From the NCBI GenBank assembly GCA_963575745.1, contig CAUYUJ010000148.1, forward strand, positions 186,001 through 250,000: a stretch of 64,000 nt of DNA, given 5' to 3'. Every line of letters starts with the position of its first letter. Position 1 is the stretch's first letter. Source of the DNA: Prorocentrum cordatum. Lineage: Eukaryota. Made by a program: the position numbers and the translations under genes. The notes under the pieces were generated by a model. That model ran no database searches. It had not been told where the DNA came from and saw only the letters and a list, made by a program, of their open reading frames with translations. Positions 41,493-53,099 of the stretch are shown here, one piece after another.

Positions 41493-42654
41493 GGCCCGAT
41501 GTTCCCAGAGAGGCCTCTTGTGGAACATCCGGCCGACTGCGCGCCTCTGGGAGCCTTGTGGAGGCGCTTGGGAGGGGGTGGGGGTGGGGGTGTCGGTCTT
41601 CGTTGGGCCCCCTTCTATCGTCTCGGGAGCCCCTTCGGCCGTCTGGAGGGCGTCTGGGGGCCTCAGAGGCTGGCCCAATTAACAGCGAACAGGCCAGATC
41701 TTCAGAATCTGACGTTTTCCATGAGGGACTGACATATTCAAACGTGCTGTTGGACTCTGCTGTCTTTCTCGAGCTTCGTAGCGCCGCTACGCTTGCTAGC
41801 TCTTTATCGAAGCTTGCGCTCGCTCTGCGGAGTGAACCTCGCCCCAGCGAGGGCCCCTGCCATTGTCTTTCTATGATTTACAAGCGGCTTCAAGCAGAAA
41901 GGTCTGAGCTGCGGCAGTTCCCTTCCATTCTGAACTGAGTGCCGAACGCTGTGCCTCTCCCCCTCTCCCTCGATCCCTGTCGCTACACGCCAGCTGGGCG
42001 GCGAGACCGTGCAATGCCCACAGCTGAAACCGCACTGTGCCATTTATGTCGCCCATCAGGCCACAGCGCTGGCAGCCAGCTCGTGGAGCCCGCAACGTCA
42101 TGGTGAGTGCCCAGAAAGGCGGAGCCAGGAGGGCTGGCTGGCCGGCGGCCACTGGAGGCTGCAGAGACTGCAATCGTAGGGCATCCGGGAGGGGGGCCAG
42201 CCCCAGCACGGTACCAGTCGGCCCCCGCCCCCCCGCCCCCGCCCGGAGGCAGCGCAGGCGACAGGGGAGCACGCGCGGCCGAGAACAGAGAATGAAAAGC
42301 AACAGAAGACTGAACTCTCGGAGATCAGCGCGACGGGCATCGGGCGTTGGACTCCGCGTCGAATTGGGTTTTCCGCCCCGCTCAAGGGGCCCTGGCACCC
42401 TGGGCCCAGTCGAAGATGGGACACTTTTTTACCAGCGCAGACGGAGCCCAATGGCACGACGCGACAGACGAGCGACGGACGACAGACGAACGAAAAAGAG
42501 GCGGCGCAGAAGAAGGGGGGAGGCCGGGAGGGGGGGCGAAAAGCCGAGAGGGGAGGCGCGCGCCAGGCGCGCACCGGGCCCTCAGGGGGGCCCGAGGCCC
42601 CGCGGGGGCGGCCGCGCGCCGCGGCCCCGCGCAGCCGCCGCCGCGGCGGGCCGG

Positions 42655-42999
42655 TTAGCCGCCGCCCAAGCCCAAGCGGGCCGCCTCGTCCGTGGCCACC
42701 CGGGCCACGACCCGCCGGAAAGCGGCGTCGCTGAGTCCGTCCAGCGCCGCCTCCAGTTCGCGGCGGACCCCGCGAAGGCGTCCCTGCGTGGGGACGCCCA
42801 ACCTCCGGGCGACCGCGCGCGCCGCGTCCCAGCCGCCGAGGGCTAGGAACTGCCGGAAGCCGTCCCGCAGCTCCTGCGCGCTCTCGGGCTCCGCCTCGAG
42901 GGAGCCCGGTGCGTCCGCCGCCCCCTCCCGCGGGGAAGCGCTGGCAGCCGGCGCGCCGGTGCCTGCTGTTGCGGCTGTTGCCGTTGCTGACGGTGAAGG
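42655..42999 (-). CDS. Candidate terminal exon or ORF fragment of unknown product (no start codon, so absent from the ORF track)
   Basis: A 115-codon stretch between in-frame stops: ...LEAEPESAQELRDGFRQFLALGGWDAARAVARRLGVPTQGRLRGVRRELEAALDGLSDAAFRRVVARVATDEAARLGLGGG*. It has strong G/C at third positions, a possible CAG|G acceptor near 42962, and a UTR-like GC then pyrimidine stretch downstream. Confidence 0.4.
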   Translation of the reverse strand, partial: PSPSATATAATAGTGAPAASASPREGAADAPGSLEAEPESAQELRDGFRQFLALGGWDAARAVARRLGVPTQGRLRGVRRELEAALDGLSDAAFRRVVARVATDEAARLGLGGG

Positions 43000-43361
43000 T
43001 CAGAGCGTCTTGCGAGCATCGGGAGCTCGGACAGGCGACCCCCCACAAAAAAAGCATCATGTTGGACTCCTGGGATCGTCTTGGGGGCATCATAGAGGCC
43101 TCTGGGTGCTGACTTGGGGCCTCGAATGGCCTTCGCATGCTGTTTTAGGGCACTGTTGGCCCGTCTTGCGCCATCGGAAGCCGCCAGGCTGGCCTCTTCG
43201 AGGTCGTTTGGATCGTGTTTGGATCGCGTTTCCAAGCTCTTGACGACTTTTGGAGCCGTCTTGGTGGCCGCTTGGGCTCCTCTCGAGACTCTCCCGGGCA
43301 AGTTAGGGTTCCTCCACTAGCCTCAGTGGCGGCCGCCAGAATGAGCAGAAGGAGTCCGAAG

Positions 43362-43514
43362 CATCATCCTTGTCATGGTGACGAGCGTCACCAACATCGT
43401 TACCGTCAGCCTTCTCATCAACATCCGCATCCTCAGCATCGTCACCATCACCACCGGCATCATCGGCATCGTCCTCAACATCAGCACTATCACCGTCATG
43501 AACAACATTGACCG

Positions 43515-43600
<86 letters not shown>

Positions 43601-44078
43601 ACAGCATTATCATACTCAGCATCATTCTCATCATCACCATCACCATCACCATCACCATCATCATCATCATCATCATCATCACTCCCACAATCAGCATCGT
43701 CGTCAGCATCGTCGTAGTTGCCATCATCATCAGCAGCAGCAGCGTCATCATCGTCATCATCACCATCATCGTGATCGTCGCCATCAACATCATCATCGTA
43801 ATCATTTCATCGTCACCACAACGATCATCATTATCAGTGTCATCATCATCACAAATCATCATCAACAACACCATCACCATCACCACCACCATCACCGTGA
43901 CCAGCACCATCACCGTGACCATCACCATCACCACAAACACCAGCACCATCACCGTCACCACCACCACCACCGTCATCAGCCCCATCAGGATAAGCATCAA
44001 CATCAGCCTGAACATCATTATCGTCAGACGCATCACAGCCGTGGTCACGAACATCATCATTGGCATCGTCGTCATGTC
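43362..44078. repeat. (CAT)n microsatellite with a perfect core at ~43516-43599
   Basis: Directly visible. Confidence 0.97.
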
Positions 44079-44319
44079 GTCGACCAGCTGTTCCTGAAGA
44101 GGCCTCCAGGAAAATTTGGCCTGCTGCGTGTGAGGAGCTCGGACGGCACGTCGGGAGTGAAGAAGCCCAGCATCAATTCGGATGCGCGCTTCGGGGAGCA
44201 CTGTCGGAATGTAGGGGGTTCCGTTGGGCCCTCGGGAAACTGGTTGAAAATTCCTGCCTGTCTATGAGAATCTCCCTGGATCTCTTGGAGTCCCGCTTCG
44301 AGGCGCTCCGAGGAGTGTC

Positions 44320-44357
44320 GTCATGATCACTATCATTACCATTATCAATATCATCAT

Positions 44358-44420
<63 letters not shown>

Positions 44421-44532
44421 GGTCACCGTCACCGTCACCGTCACCGTCACCGTCACCGTCGTCACCGTCGCTGTCATGATGCCATCATCAGTATCGCGAT
44501 CACGATCACAATCCTTAGCGTCATCGTCAGCG

Positions 44533-44566
<34 letters not shown>

Positions 44567-44812
44567 AATCACAATCATCATCATAATCATCATCCTGACC
44601 ATGAATGGCATCGCCATCGCCTTGATCACTGGCATCCCCACCACCACCAGTAAGGTCAACAGCAGAATCAGCACCTTCAGCATCAACATCAACACCATCA
44701 CCATCATCATAAACAGCAATCTCATCACCGTCATCATAAACACCACCACCATCACCATCTGCATCCACGGCATCAATACTGAGAACCACGTCGCGATGGC
44801 CGTCATCATTAT
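44320..44812. repeat. (CAT)n/(CACCGT)n microsatellite
   Basis: Directly visible. Confidence 0.97.
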
Positions 44813-44879
44813 CGTGGCCTGGTGTTCCCGAAGAGGCCCTGGGAACATCAGGCTGGCTGCGTGTGTGGGGGGTTCGGAA

Positions 44880-46130
44880 GGGCTGTCGGGGATTCACAAT
44901 TTGGGCTTCTTGGTGCCCCCTTGGCAATTCATTTGGATATGTTTCGGGGCATGGTGGGGCCGTCTTGGAGCCATGTTGAATGGTCTGGGTGGCCCCAGTC
45001 GGCCGTCTTGGGCCTCTCTGGGTCTTCTCTGGGGCTCCTCGATGGCCATTTTTGGACCGTCTCGGGAGTGAACAGGCGAGGCCTTCAAAATTACTTTGGC
45101 CCCTGGGGGCCTGTTGGAAACCACTTGGAGGAACCCGGGTGCCGTCTTGGGGCCAACTTGAGGTGCCTGGGGCCGTCTGGAGGATAGCTTGGACCGTCCT
45201 GGTGGGCTCGAGGGCCGTCTCGAAGCCATTTTGAACCGTATCCATCTCGGAGGGTCTTGGGAGACCCAATCAACCGTATTGGGCCGCTAAGTGGCTCCTG
45301 GTGGGCCATTTTTGAACCATCCTGAGGCCTGGGGGCACCCCTTCGGAAGCGAAAGGGGGAAGTCTGGGCAGTCGTTGGCGCCAAAAACGGCAAGCCCGTT
45401 TTGGCAACGATTCCAAAACAATGCCTCTTCAGAATGGAAACGGCAAAAACAAACGGCGACCAGAAGCGGAATAAAAAATCCCGGAACAAAAGCCGGCAAA
45501 CAACCGGGACAAAACCGGCAACAAAAACGGGGTCGGAACCGGCGAGAAAACGGCAAAACGAAACCGGTAACAAAAACGGCCCTGCCGTGTGAAGGAAGGG
45601 TCCCCACTAAGTTTTGGGCAGGCCAGTTGTGTCTCTTGGTGTTTGAATACTTTGCCGCACGAAACCTTTTTAAAGCTTTTTGGGGGCCTTTGGTGGGCAT
45701 CCGCGGGCCGTCTTGGGGCCATCCTGGGCTGCCCAGGGCCGCCTGATAGGCTAGCTGGGACTGTCATATCAGGCTCCACGCCCGCCTCGAAGCCATCTTC
45801 GGTCGCGTCGGAGCAATTTGGAAGGGTCTCGGGGAGGGTCCAGGCCAACTGTATTGGGCCGATATGGTGCCCCTGGTGGGCCATGTTTGAACAACCCTGA
45901 AGCCTGAGAGCCCCTCCGGAAGCGAAAAGGGCAGATCTACGCAAACCTATCGTGTTCGTTGGTGCTTTTATTATTTGTCGTCTGAAACCCTTTTGAAGCT
46001 TCTGGGGGGGTGGTTGGGGGCCGCTATGGGCCGTCTTGGAACCGTCCTGGGCTGCCGGGGGCCGTCTGGAGGCTAGCTGTAACTGTCTTGGCGGGCTCGA
46101 AGGCCGCCTCGAAATCATCTTCGGCCGTGT
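44880..46130 (-). repeat. GGCCCCAAGA-type satellite blocks in reverse orientation, with an internal AAAACCGG-rich segment
   Basis: Recurrent GGGCCGTCTTGG; AAAAC(C)GG repeats at about 45435-45580. Confidence 0.8.
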
Positions 46131-47129
46131 CAGAGCCGTTTGTTTGTGTTTGAATGGCGACCGTAATCCTGATCCCATCGGGCACATCCAACACAACACG
46201 GCGGATAGCAATCGTCCTGAAACGCCGACCTCGCCGAAAGAAAATAGGACGCGGGTGCGAAAGAGACTCCCGCGCAACGCCGTATACCGCCGCAAGCAGA
46301 CGTGCCAAATGGCGGAGGCGTCACAGGTCCGCGCCCGTTCCCTGATGCCGAATGAAGTAGTTCCCTATGGAATCACATCTGGTTGTTGCAACAGACGCGC
46401 GCCTTTTGAACGTTGCCCATGTTTGATGGTTCTGCGTATGTCATTGCAGCATGAACTTTCCATCCGCCGTGGGACCGGCGCCCCCGATCCCACAACGCAC
46501 TCTTATATCCTATCATTCGCCCGCTAAGGCACGCCACGAAAGCGCTCGCTGAGCGCGCCCGGCACAACACCTACCGCAGTCTGTGTCGCCACGGGCGGGC
46601 GAAAACTGGCGGCGCTGACCAGGCGCAACGCCACGCAGCGCCACTGGCAGGCCTACCAATTGGCGGACGCGTCGCAGGTCGGCGCCTTCTCCCCGCTCCC
46701 TGCCGCCGACTGAAAGAGGAGGACCTCCTCGGCCCCAGCGCATGTAGCCCTCACCAGTGGGGGGGTCAACGGGGGAACCAGGAGGGAGAGGCAAAGGCGA
46801 GAAACAAGACATGGAGCGCAAGCCTCGCCCACCCCTTCCCTTCCCCTCCCCACCTGGCAGCGGGCGGCGATAGGCCACGGGGCCACGGTGGCAGAAGTGG
46901 CCACCATGTGCTGGCCGACGCCATCGCGTCTGCCCGCGGCCCGCGAAGGCGCGTAGAAGCGGCGCCTCGGCCAGCGAGCCGCACGGGCGTCGCGCAGGCG
47001 CGCCGCCTCATTCGGCATCCAACGCGCCCAGGGGATGGGAAGAGCGCAGGGGAAGGAGAGGCCGACGGCAGGCGCAGGGAGGAGGAGGGCACACCCAGCA
47101 GACCGATGGCGCCCAGGCGTGGCTCGGGC

Positions 47130-47467
47130 TCGGAAGCGCCTGTCGGGTTTTCGCCGCGCCTCTGCATGTTCTTCGCCAGCCTCTGCTGCTTGTTGCGCTG
47201 ATTCTGGTACCTGGCGCTGCGACGCCCCGCGGATCTCCTGCCTGGGCGGCTTCAGGAAATGATCCTTGAGCCGCGCCTGCCGCTGGCGCGCGTCGACGTC
47301 GTCCGGTAGGCGAAAGAAAGATCGGCCCCTCTCGCGGCAGCAACTCGCCTCACGCATGACACTCGTTCCAACCTTGCCGCTCGTACCCTGCGGCGAAAAA
47401 AATGTAAAACATCGCTCGGCTCAGAAGCGGGCGTGACAAATGGCGGGCCGAATTCACTCACAATATT
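47130..47467 (-). pseudogene. Short SL-headed retro-pseudogene encoding a basic protein, tentatively like mitochondrial ribosomal protein S21
   Basis: It lies immediately 3' of the SL cluster. A frameshifted translation gives FFRLPDDVDARQRQARLKDHFLKPPRQEIR / RRSARYQNQRNKQQRLAKNMQRRGENP. The product identity is a by-eye guess. Confidence 0.4.
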
Positions 47468-47534
47468 TTCCAGCCAAATGGGGTTGAGCTAACGCGGCTT
47501 GGACCAGGATTGCTTGAGCCAAAACGGCGACGGA
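47468..47534 (-). other. Tandem spliced-leader relic cluster: one 22-nt SL plus three 15-nt relics
   Basis: The minus strand reads TCCGTCGCCGTTTTGGCTCAAG (20/22 to DinoSL), then CAATCCTGGTCCAAG, CCGCGTTAGCTCAAC and CCCATTTGGCTGGAA. Each is 10/15 to CCATTTTGGCTCAAG and in exact 15-nt register. Confidence 0.9.
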
Positions 47535-47689
47535 CGCCGCGTCAGAGTCACATTGTCTTTGGGGGTCCAATCCGCCGTCTTAAGCTGCTATGGGGCTCCT
47601 GGTAGGCCATGTTTGAACCACCCTTAGGCCTGATAGTCAAGTCAAATCAACTGCGTGCAACCGACGGCACACAATCATAAAACAGGCCA

Positions 47690-48345
47690 CTATGGCGAAA
47701 CATGCGCATAGTGGTTTCCAATATTTCTGTGGCCTGTGGCCAAGCAGCGCGTTCAGATAATCTGCGCCGCCAAAAAATGCCAGCGCGTGCCTGAAAACGC
47801 CTTTCGCCCAGCTAGTTTTGGTCTGCCTCGGCGTCCTGGGCCCGCTGGCTCTCTCGGCAGAAAAAACAAACTACTGTAATCGACAGTGCCCTGTCTCACT
47901 ATACCACTCCCATCTCGGCAAGCCAATGTCCCCATCCATGCGACCTGCCTCTCCAAAAACATGCAGTTCATGGGCTTAGCGTTGGCCTGTCGCAAGACCG
48001 AAGCCTTTGATGTGGCTGGAAGACGAACAAAATGTTCATGGCTATTGTTAAGCATCTGTTCTGGAACCCGTCGACTTTCCTGGCCTCCGCTGAGGAAGGC
48101 CACAGCGAATGCAGGTTGTAGAGGAGCCTGCTGATGACGCACGCGTCGAAGATCTCCATCTTCCGGACGCGAGACATCCCAGAATGAGACCACACCCGAC
48201 GAAATTGTTCAAATTCAGCTCGCGCGGCACCAAATCGACGATTAAATTCTAAACCTGCCGTCCCGTCCGCCGTGATCGTGTACCCCAGGTAAACATACTG
48301 CCCCTTAGGGTTAATGGCGTCACCAGCTGGCACACTGATGCTGGC
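47690..48345 (-). mobile_element. 3' fragment of an RTE-like LINE
   Basis: YVYLGYTI..EFNRRFGAARAEFEQFRRVWSH..KMEIFDACVISRLLYNL..KVDGFQNRCL and GRRGRPK are homologous to the C-terminal parts at 17590-18090 and 31040-31480. Confidence 0.92.
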
Positions 48346-48479
48346 GCCATCCGTGGAAGATACGAGTCGAACAGCGCCTCAAAATCTAAGCGGGAAGTTT
48401 TCGGAAGGCCTAGAGGTGTCCTTGGTCGTGGAATGACGTTGGCATCCTGAAGGCATTTCAAACCTGCTTTGGGGCTTCT

Positions 48480-49260
48480 CGTTTTTTTTGGTTGTTGGCC
48501 GTCTGCAGGGGCGCCCTTGCTGGTCGTGGGGGCCATCTGGAGACGCCTTGGCGATCTCGAGGGCCGTCACGACCCCGTCTTCGGCCGTCTCGTAGCCGTC
48601 GCTCCGAGACCGTGGTGGGCGCCATGGGGCTCCTCGACGGCCGTTGTCGGACCACTCTGAGGCCTCAGAGGCTCCTCGGAAGCGATTCGGCGAAATCTTG
48701 AATAGCATTGGTATTCTTTTGATTGTTGACCGAATGAAGTCTGCGAGTGGCATCTTGCGAGCCTCTTGTTGGTCTCTTGGGGCCTCTGGCGGCCGTCTTG
48801 GGGCTATATTGAAGCTTCTCGGTAGCCTGGAAGCCATTTGGGGTCGTCTGGGCGGGTTTCAGGGCCGTCTTGGAGCCCTCTGGGGCCGTCTCGGGGCCTC
48901 TGGGGCCACCTGGGGTGCTTTGGGGGGCGTCTCGCTCGCCCGCCTTGGGGCCTCTGAGGCCGTCTTTGGGCGATACTTGGGGCCTCCGGGGACGTCTTGG
49001 AGCGTCGGGAAGCCGACAAGGCGAGCACACCAAGATAGTTCCAAAACCATATGATGTTTGTGGGTTGTGCCTCTTGGGGCCCTCTTGGGAGGCCTCCTGG
49101 GCCGTCTTGGAAGCCTCTTGGGCGGTCCGGAAGCCATCGTGGGCGTCTTCGAATGGAATTTCGGTGATTCTCGGCACTCTTGGGGCGTTTCGGGGTCTCT
49201 CGGGACCCTGGTGGTTCGTTTGTGGTGCTGCATTGGGCCGTCTGGGGGCGTCCCCAGTGG
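48480..49260 (-). repeat. GGCCCCAAGA-type satellite block in reverse orientation
   Basis: Recurrent GGCCGTCTTGG/GCCTCTTGG. Confidence 0.85.
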
Positions 49261-49324
49261 CCCCCAGAACCCCTATGCGCAGTCAAGGTCCCTGGGCTGT
49301 TGGCCCCGACTCCGTCGCGAAGAA

Positions 49325-49830
49325 TGTGTATGTATGTATGCATGCATGCATGCATGCATGCATGTATGTATGTATGCATGCACGCATACATGCATGCATG
49401 TATGTATGGATGCATGCATGTATGCATATATATATAGATATATGCATATACGTATATATGTATACATGCATGTATGTATGCATGTAAACAGCTATGTATG
49501 TGCGTATGTATGCATGTATGTGGTTGTGTATTCATGTATGGCGATCATATTGTATGTGTGTGAATATGTGTATGTATGTGTGGATGCGTTTATGTGTATA
49601 GGTGTATACTTAGACATATACATATATTCACGTGATGTATAAAACATATGTATAGATCGATGTAAATGTGCATATAAATATATGTATGTATATTTAGCTA
49701 CACACATATATATATATATGTATAGATCTAGATGTATCTATATTTATATATACATATATACACAAGTCTGCATATCTCTATAAGTGTGCCTCTCTCTATA
49801 TATATGTGCCTATCTATCTATATATATCTA
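49325..49830. repeat. (TATG)n/(TGCA)n/(TA)n microsatellite
   Basis: Directly visible. Confidence 0.96.
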
Positions 49831-49959
49831 TCCGACGACTCCCTCTGGGGGCGCTAGGCTGCGAAGGTGTGTTGGGTCTGATGTTGGCCTTGTCTCTCGA
49901 GTCCTTTTCCTGCCTCCTGTTTACTGTCTGCTAGGGGGGCCCCGCCGCGCCACCAAACA

Positions 49960-50320
49960 GCCAACGGGGCTCCCAGCAGAACCTAGAACGGCCCTCGCCC
50001 CACGACGGCCCTACAAGCTCCCAGGACGGCCAAAGGGGCCCCGAAGACGGCCTCAAGACGGCCGAAGAGGGCCCCAAGATGCCAAGAGGCGCCCCAGACG
50101 GCCCAAAGAGCCCTAAGACGGTCCCAAGAGAGGCCCAAAGAGGGCGTCCACGAAGCGAAAACTCTACCTTTCCGCCCCGACAGGGCCCAAGAAGGCCCCA
50201 AGAAGGCCCCAAGAGGCCGCAAGAGGCCCGCAAGAGGCCCCCAAGAGGCCCCAAGGAGACCCCCGAGAGACCCAAAATATATCCCAAGAGGCTCCAAAAC
50301 AGCTTCCAAAAACTCCAACA
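49960..50320 (+). repeat. GGCCCCAAGA-type satellite block
   Basis: Near-perfect (AAGAGGCCCGC/AAGAAGGCCCC) units at about 50185-50260. Confidence 0.88.
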
Positions 50321-52165
50321 ATGATCCGCTGACGCTGCCGAGAAGCCTGCCACGAGAGGCACCCACTGCGCTATCCACGCAGCCGCACGCACTAGTAATA
50401 GGGTGGCCGGCGGCAGAGGGCGAAGGCCTTAATGAGCAAAATAACGCCGCTTCCCTGGAGCTGCCCGCGCAACGGGGAGATCCGGAGAAAGGCCAAAATG
50501 CACACCAACGCCATGGAAATTTAGGGACGCATCGGATCGTCGGAATCCCGGAATCGTGTCGGATCGGGCCCGCCAACATCGATATCGAAACGGATCGAAA
50601 TTGACCATGGAGGAGGGACGGGAAGAGGGAGGGGAGGGGAGGGGAGGAGGGGCAGGGGCCCAGACAAACGGAGGATCGAAAACAACAGAAGTTGCGCTGA
50701 TTCTGCGTGTTCGGCCTCTGGGACTGTCAAAGAACGACTCGAACTGAAAGGATGAAAGGAGTCAGTAATTTGGAGAGGGAACGTGAGGGATGAGGAGGAG
50801 GCTAAGGAGGGTGGAGGTGAACAGCATGGTCCAGGGTAAGGAGTGAGGGGAGGAGGAAGGAGAGGGAGGTGGAAGATGGGAGGGACGAAGAAAGGGAGGG
50901 AGTTATGAGGGTGTTCGGAGAACGCGATTAGGACGCCGAAGATGGATTGGATGAGTACAGGAGGCGGAGGCTGTAGGGAAAGTAAGGACACAACATCCTG
51001 CCCAACTTTCCTACCAATGCGTGCGGTTTCGTGCAGAATACCCGTTATCAGCCACATGGTCCCAGGGAGACATACCAAGCCCAAGAATCCATACATCTTC
51101 TTTTACAGTCGCCGTCAACTGCTTCCCCGAAAGTCCACTGCGCATCTCTCACAAAAGCGTCATGGGATCGAGCGAGGCAGCCCACATGGCTTGACATGTG
51201 AATGGCGCACTTACACACGACGAGCAAAGCACCTCTCTGAGCAAGGCACCTCTGGCCAAACCGGGTGCGCCCCCTTCCCCTCCACCCTCGTCTAGCACAA
51301 ACTCAGGAGAGCACCGTACTGGAATCCATGAACCATCGTTGATCTCGCCAGTCAGCTCACCTGCAAACCAGTTGATACATGGGCAACGCTCCCAACCAAT
51401 GCAGCATCACTCAAGGATCAGACTGTCGAATGTCTTGACGGATTGCGCAAGCTACAAATCAACTTGGATTCGACCCCTGATCTCTCGCGCCCGAACTGAC
51501 CGTCAGTGGCCAAATCCCCCCCCCCCCGACGTTCGCAAGAGGTGCCCAGAACTATCCGCCAACACAGGTGACGGTTCGGCATACGCATGCAAGCGCTGAA
51601 AGCCGTCCACGCGGGGCCCGAGAAGATCGAGGTGGAAGATCGCACCGCGTCGCCGATGCATCGGCGAAACCGGGATGGAGGAAGTAGGCTCCAGGTTGCG
51701 CCGCATCGCCCGTACATCGGCGATGCTGCGCAATCCTTGGACGTCATTTCCGCTGGGTCAATCTGTCGAAGCAGAACATGCAGCATAGAGTTACCCATCA
51801 GTCGGAAGAAGAACTGGAGAAACATGAAGTAGGACGGCGTTGAAAATGCATTGGGTATCCGCCCGCCCCCTAAAGCGGACGGAAAAAGGGCAAGCCACTC
51901 AATCGTTGAAGTATGAAGGCGCTTAAAGTATATAGGAATCTGAGAATCCAGAAATACCTACTCAACAACCGATGGGTACACTTTCAGAGGTCCACGCGGA
52001 TTCCTCTGAACGACGCTGGACTCATCTCGCCCAGGCGCGCGGAGCATGCCAGGGGTATAGCCCCCATCCAGGAACCGCTCCCCGACCTCCGAAAGCTTGC
52101 ATTGATTTCGTGCTCTACGACCTCTCTCCCAGCTGATCTCATACTCCTGAAGTAGAGACCTCCTA

Positions 52166-52370
52166 GATGGAATCGGAGTAGATGGTGTCGGAGGTTCTCG
52201 CCGCATCGCAGATAAATCGGCGACGCATCGGAGATGCACCAGCGATGCATCGCCGCCGTGGGCGATGCATCGGCGACATCGACGTGAAAGAGGGCCTCAC
52301 CATCGAGGCGCCTCGGCGATGCACCTGCGATGGGGCGCGATCCTCCGACCCCATCTACTCCGATCCCATC
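52166..52370. mobile_element. MITE-like element / long imperfect hairpin
   Basis: GATGGAATCGGAGTAGATGGTGTCGGAGG (52166) and CCTCCGACCCCATCTACTCCGATCCCATC (52342-52370) are inverted repeats matching at 27/29, and pairing continues inward. Related sequence lies at about 51625-51730. Confidence 0.8.
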
Positions 52371-53099
52371 GAAAAGGCCTAGAACTCCTGAGTGCCGTTC
52401 GGGGACAAGACGTGCAGACACTGTGAGGCGGGGTCCTGGCGAACCACCTGGCGGTCCAGTCGACAGTCGGTGGTTCAGAGATGGGGTCCTAAGCACGAGG
52501 TGCCTCAAACAATATAAATCCACCCTCAGTAGGTGAACGCCACACATATCACCTTTCCCTGTATCATCTTTGCGTCGCAGACGAATCTCCACGAGCTGGC
52601 AGCGCACTTTCGCTGGGCGGCGCGGCGCTGCCACTATCGTGAGGGTGCTCAGGTGACCACGCGCTTCACGCCGATCTGCTCAGCCTGTTGCTGCAACAGC
52701 GCGCGCAGCCGTGGCTGCCGTGGCTCAGGGGCGTCGTGGCCCAGTTATCGGATCTATAGGGCTGCCGTGGCCCAGGGGCGTCGTGGCCGAGCAGCTGGGC
52801 GTTGCCTCGTCTGTTGCGGCTGCGCCGACGGGCCCGCCGGCGCGGGCCCCGCCGGCCCCGCCTGAGGCGCGGCGGCGACCTGCGACGTCACTGCTGCGCG
52901 CCCGACGGGGAGGGCCGGCAAGGGGGAGCTCGTCCCGACCGCCCCTCGCGCGCTTCGCGCGGCCCCGTCTCGCCGCGCGCTCGGGAGCGCCCAGCGCGGA
53001 GATCGCCGCCGGGCGCGAACGCGACAGCGCAAGAGGGAACTGGTCACGAGTGCCCCAGGGCAGTCGTCGCTGGGGCGGAGCGGAGCGCGGCCGGCTCTG

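Noticed and set aside
43323..45269. Poly-Met, poly-Ile and poly-Asp ORFs
   Set aside because: They are translations of (CAT)n tracts; the same applies at 1-390 and 40890-41490.
45040..45320. GCCATTTT(T)G motifs resembling the SL core
   Set aside because: They are variants of the GGGCCGTCTTGG satellite and lack GCTCAAG.
51690..51730. PYIGD as the RT catalytic YxDD motif of the DIRS-like element
   Set aside because: It falls in sequence related to the ATCGGCGATGC-rich MITE at 52166, and flanking RT motifs are not convincing.
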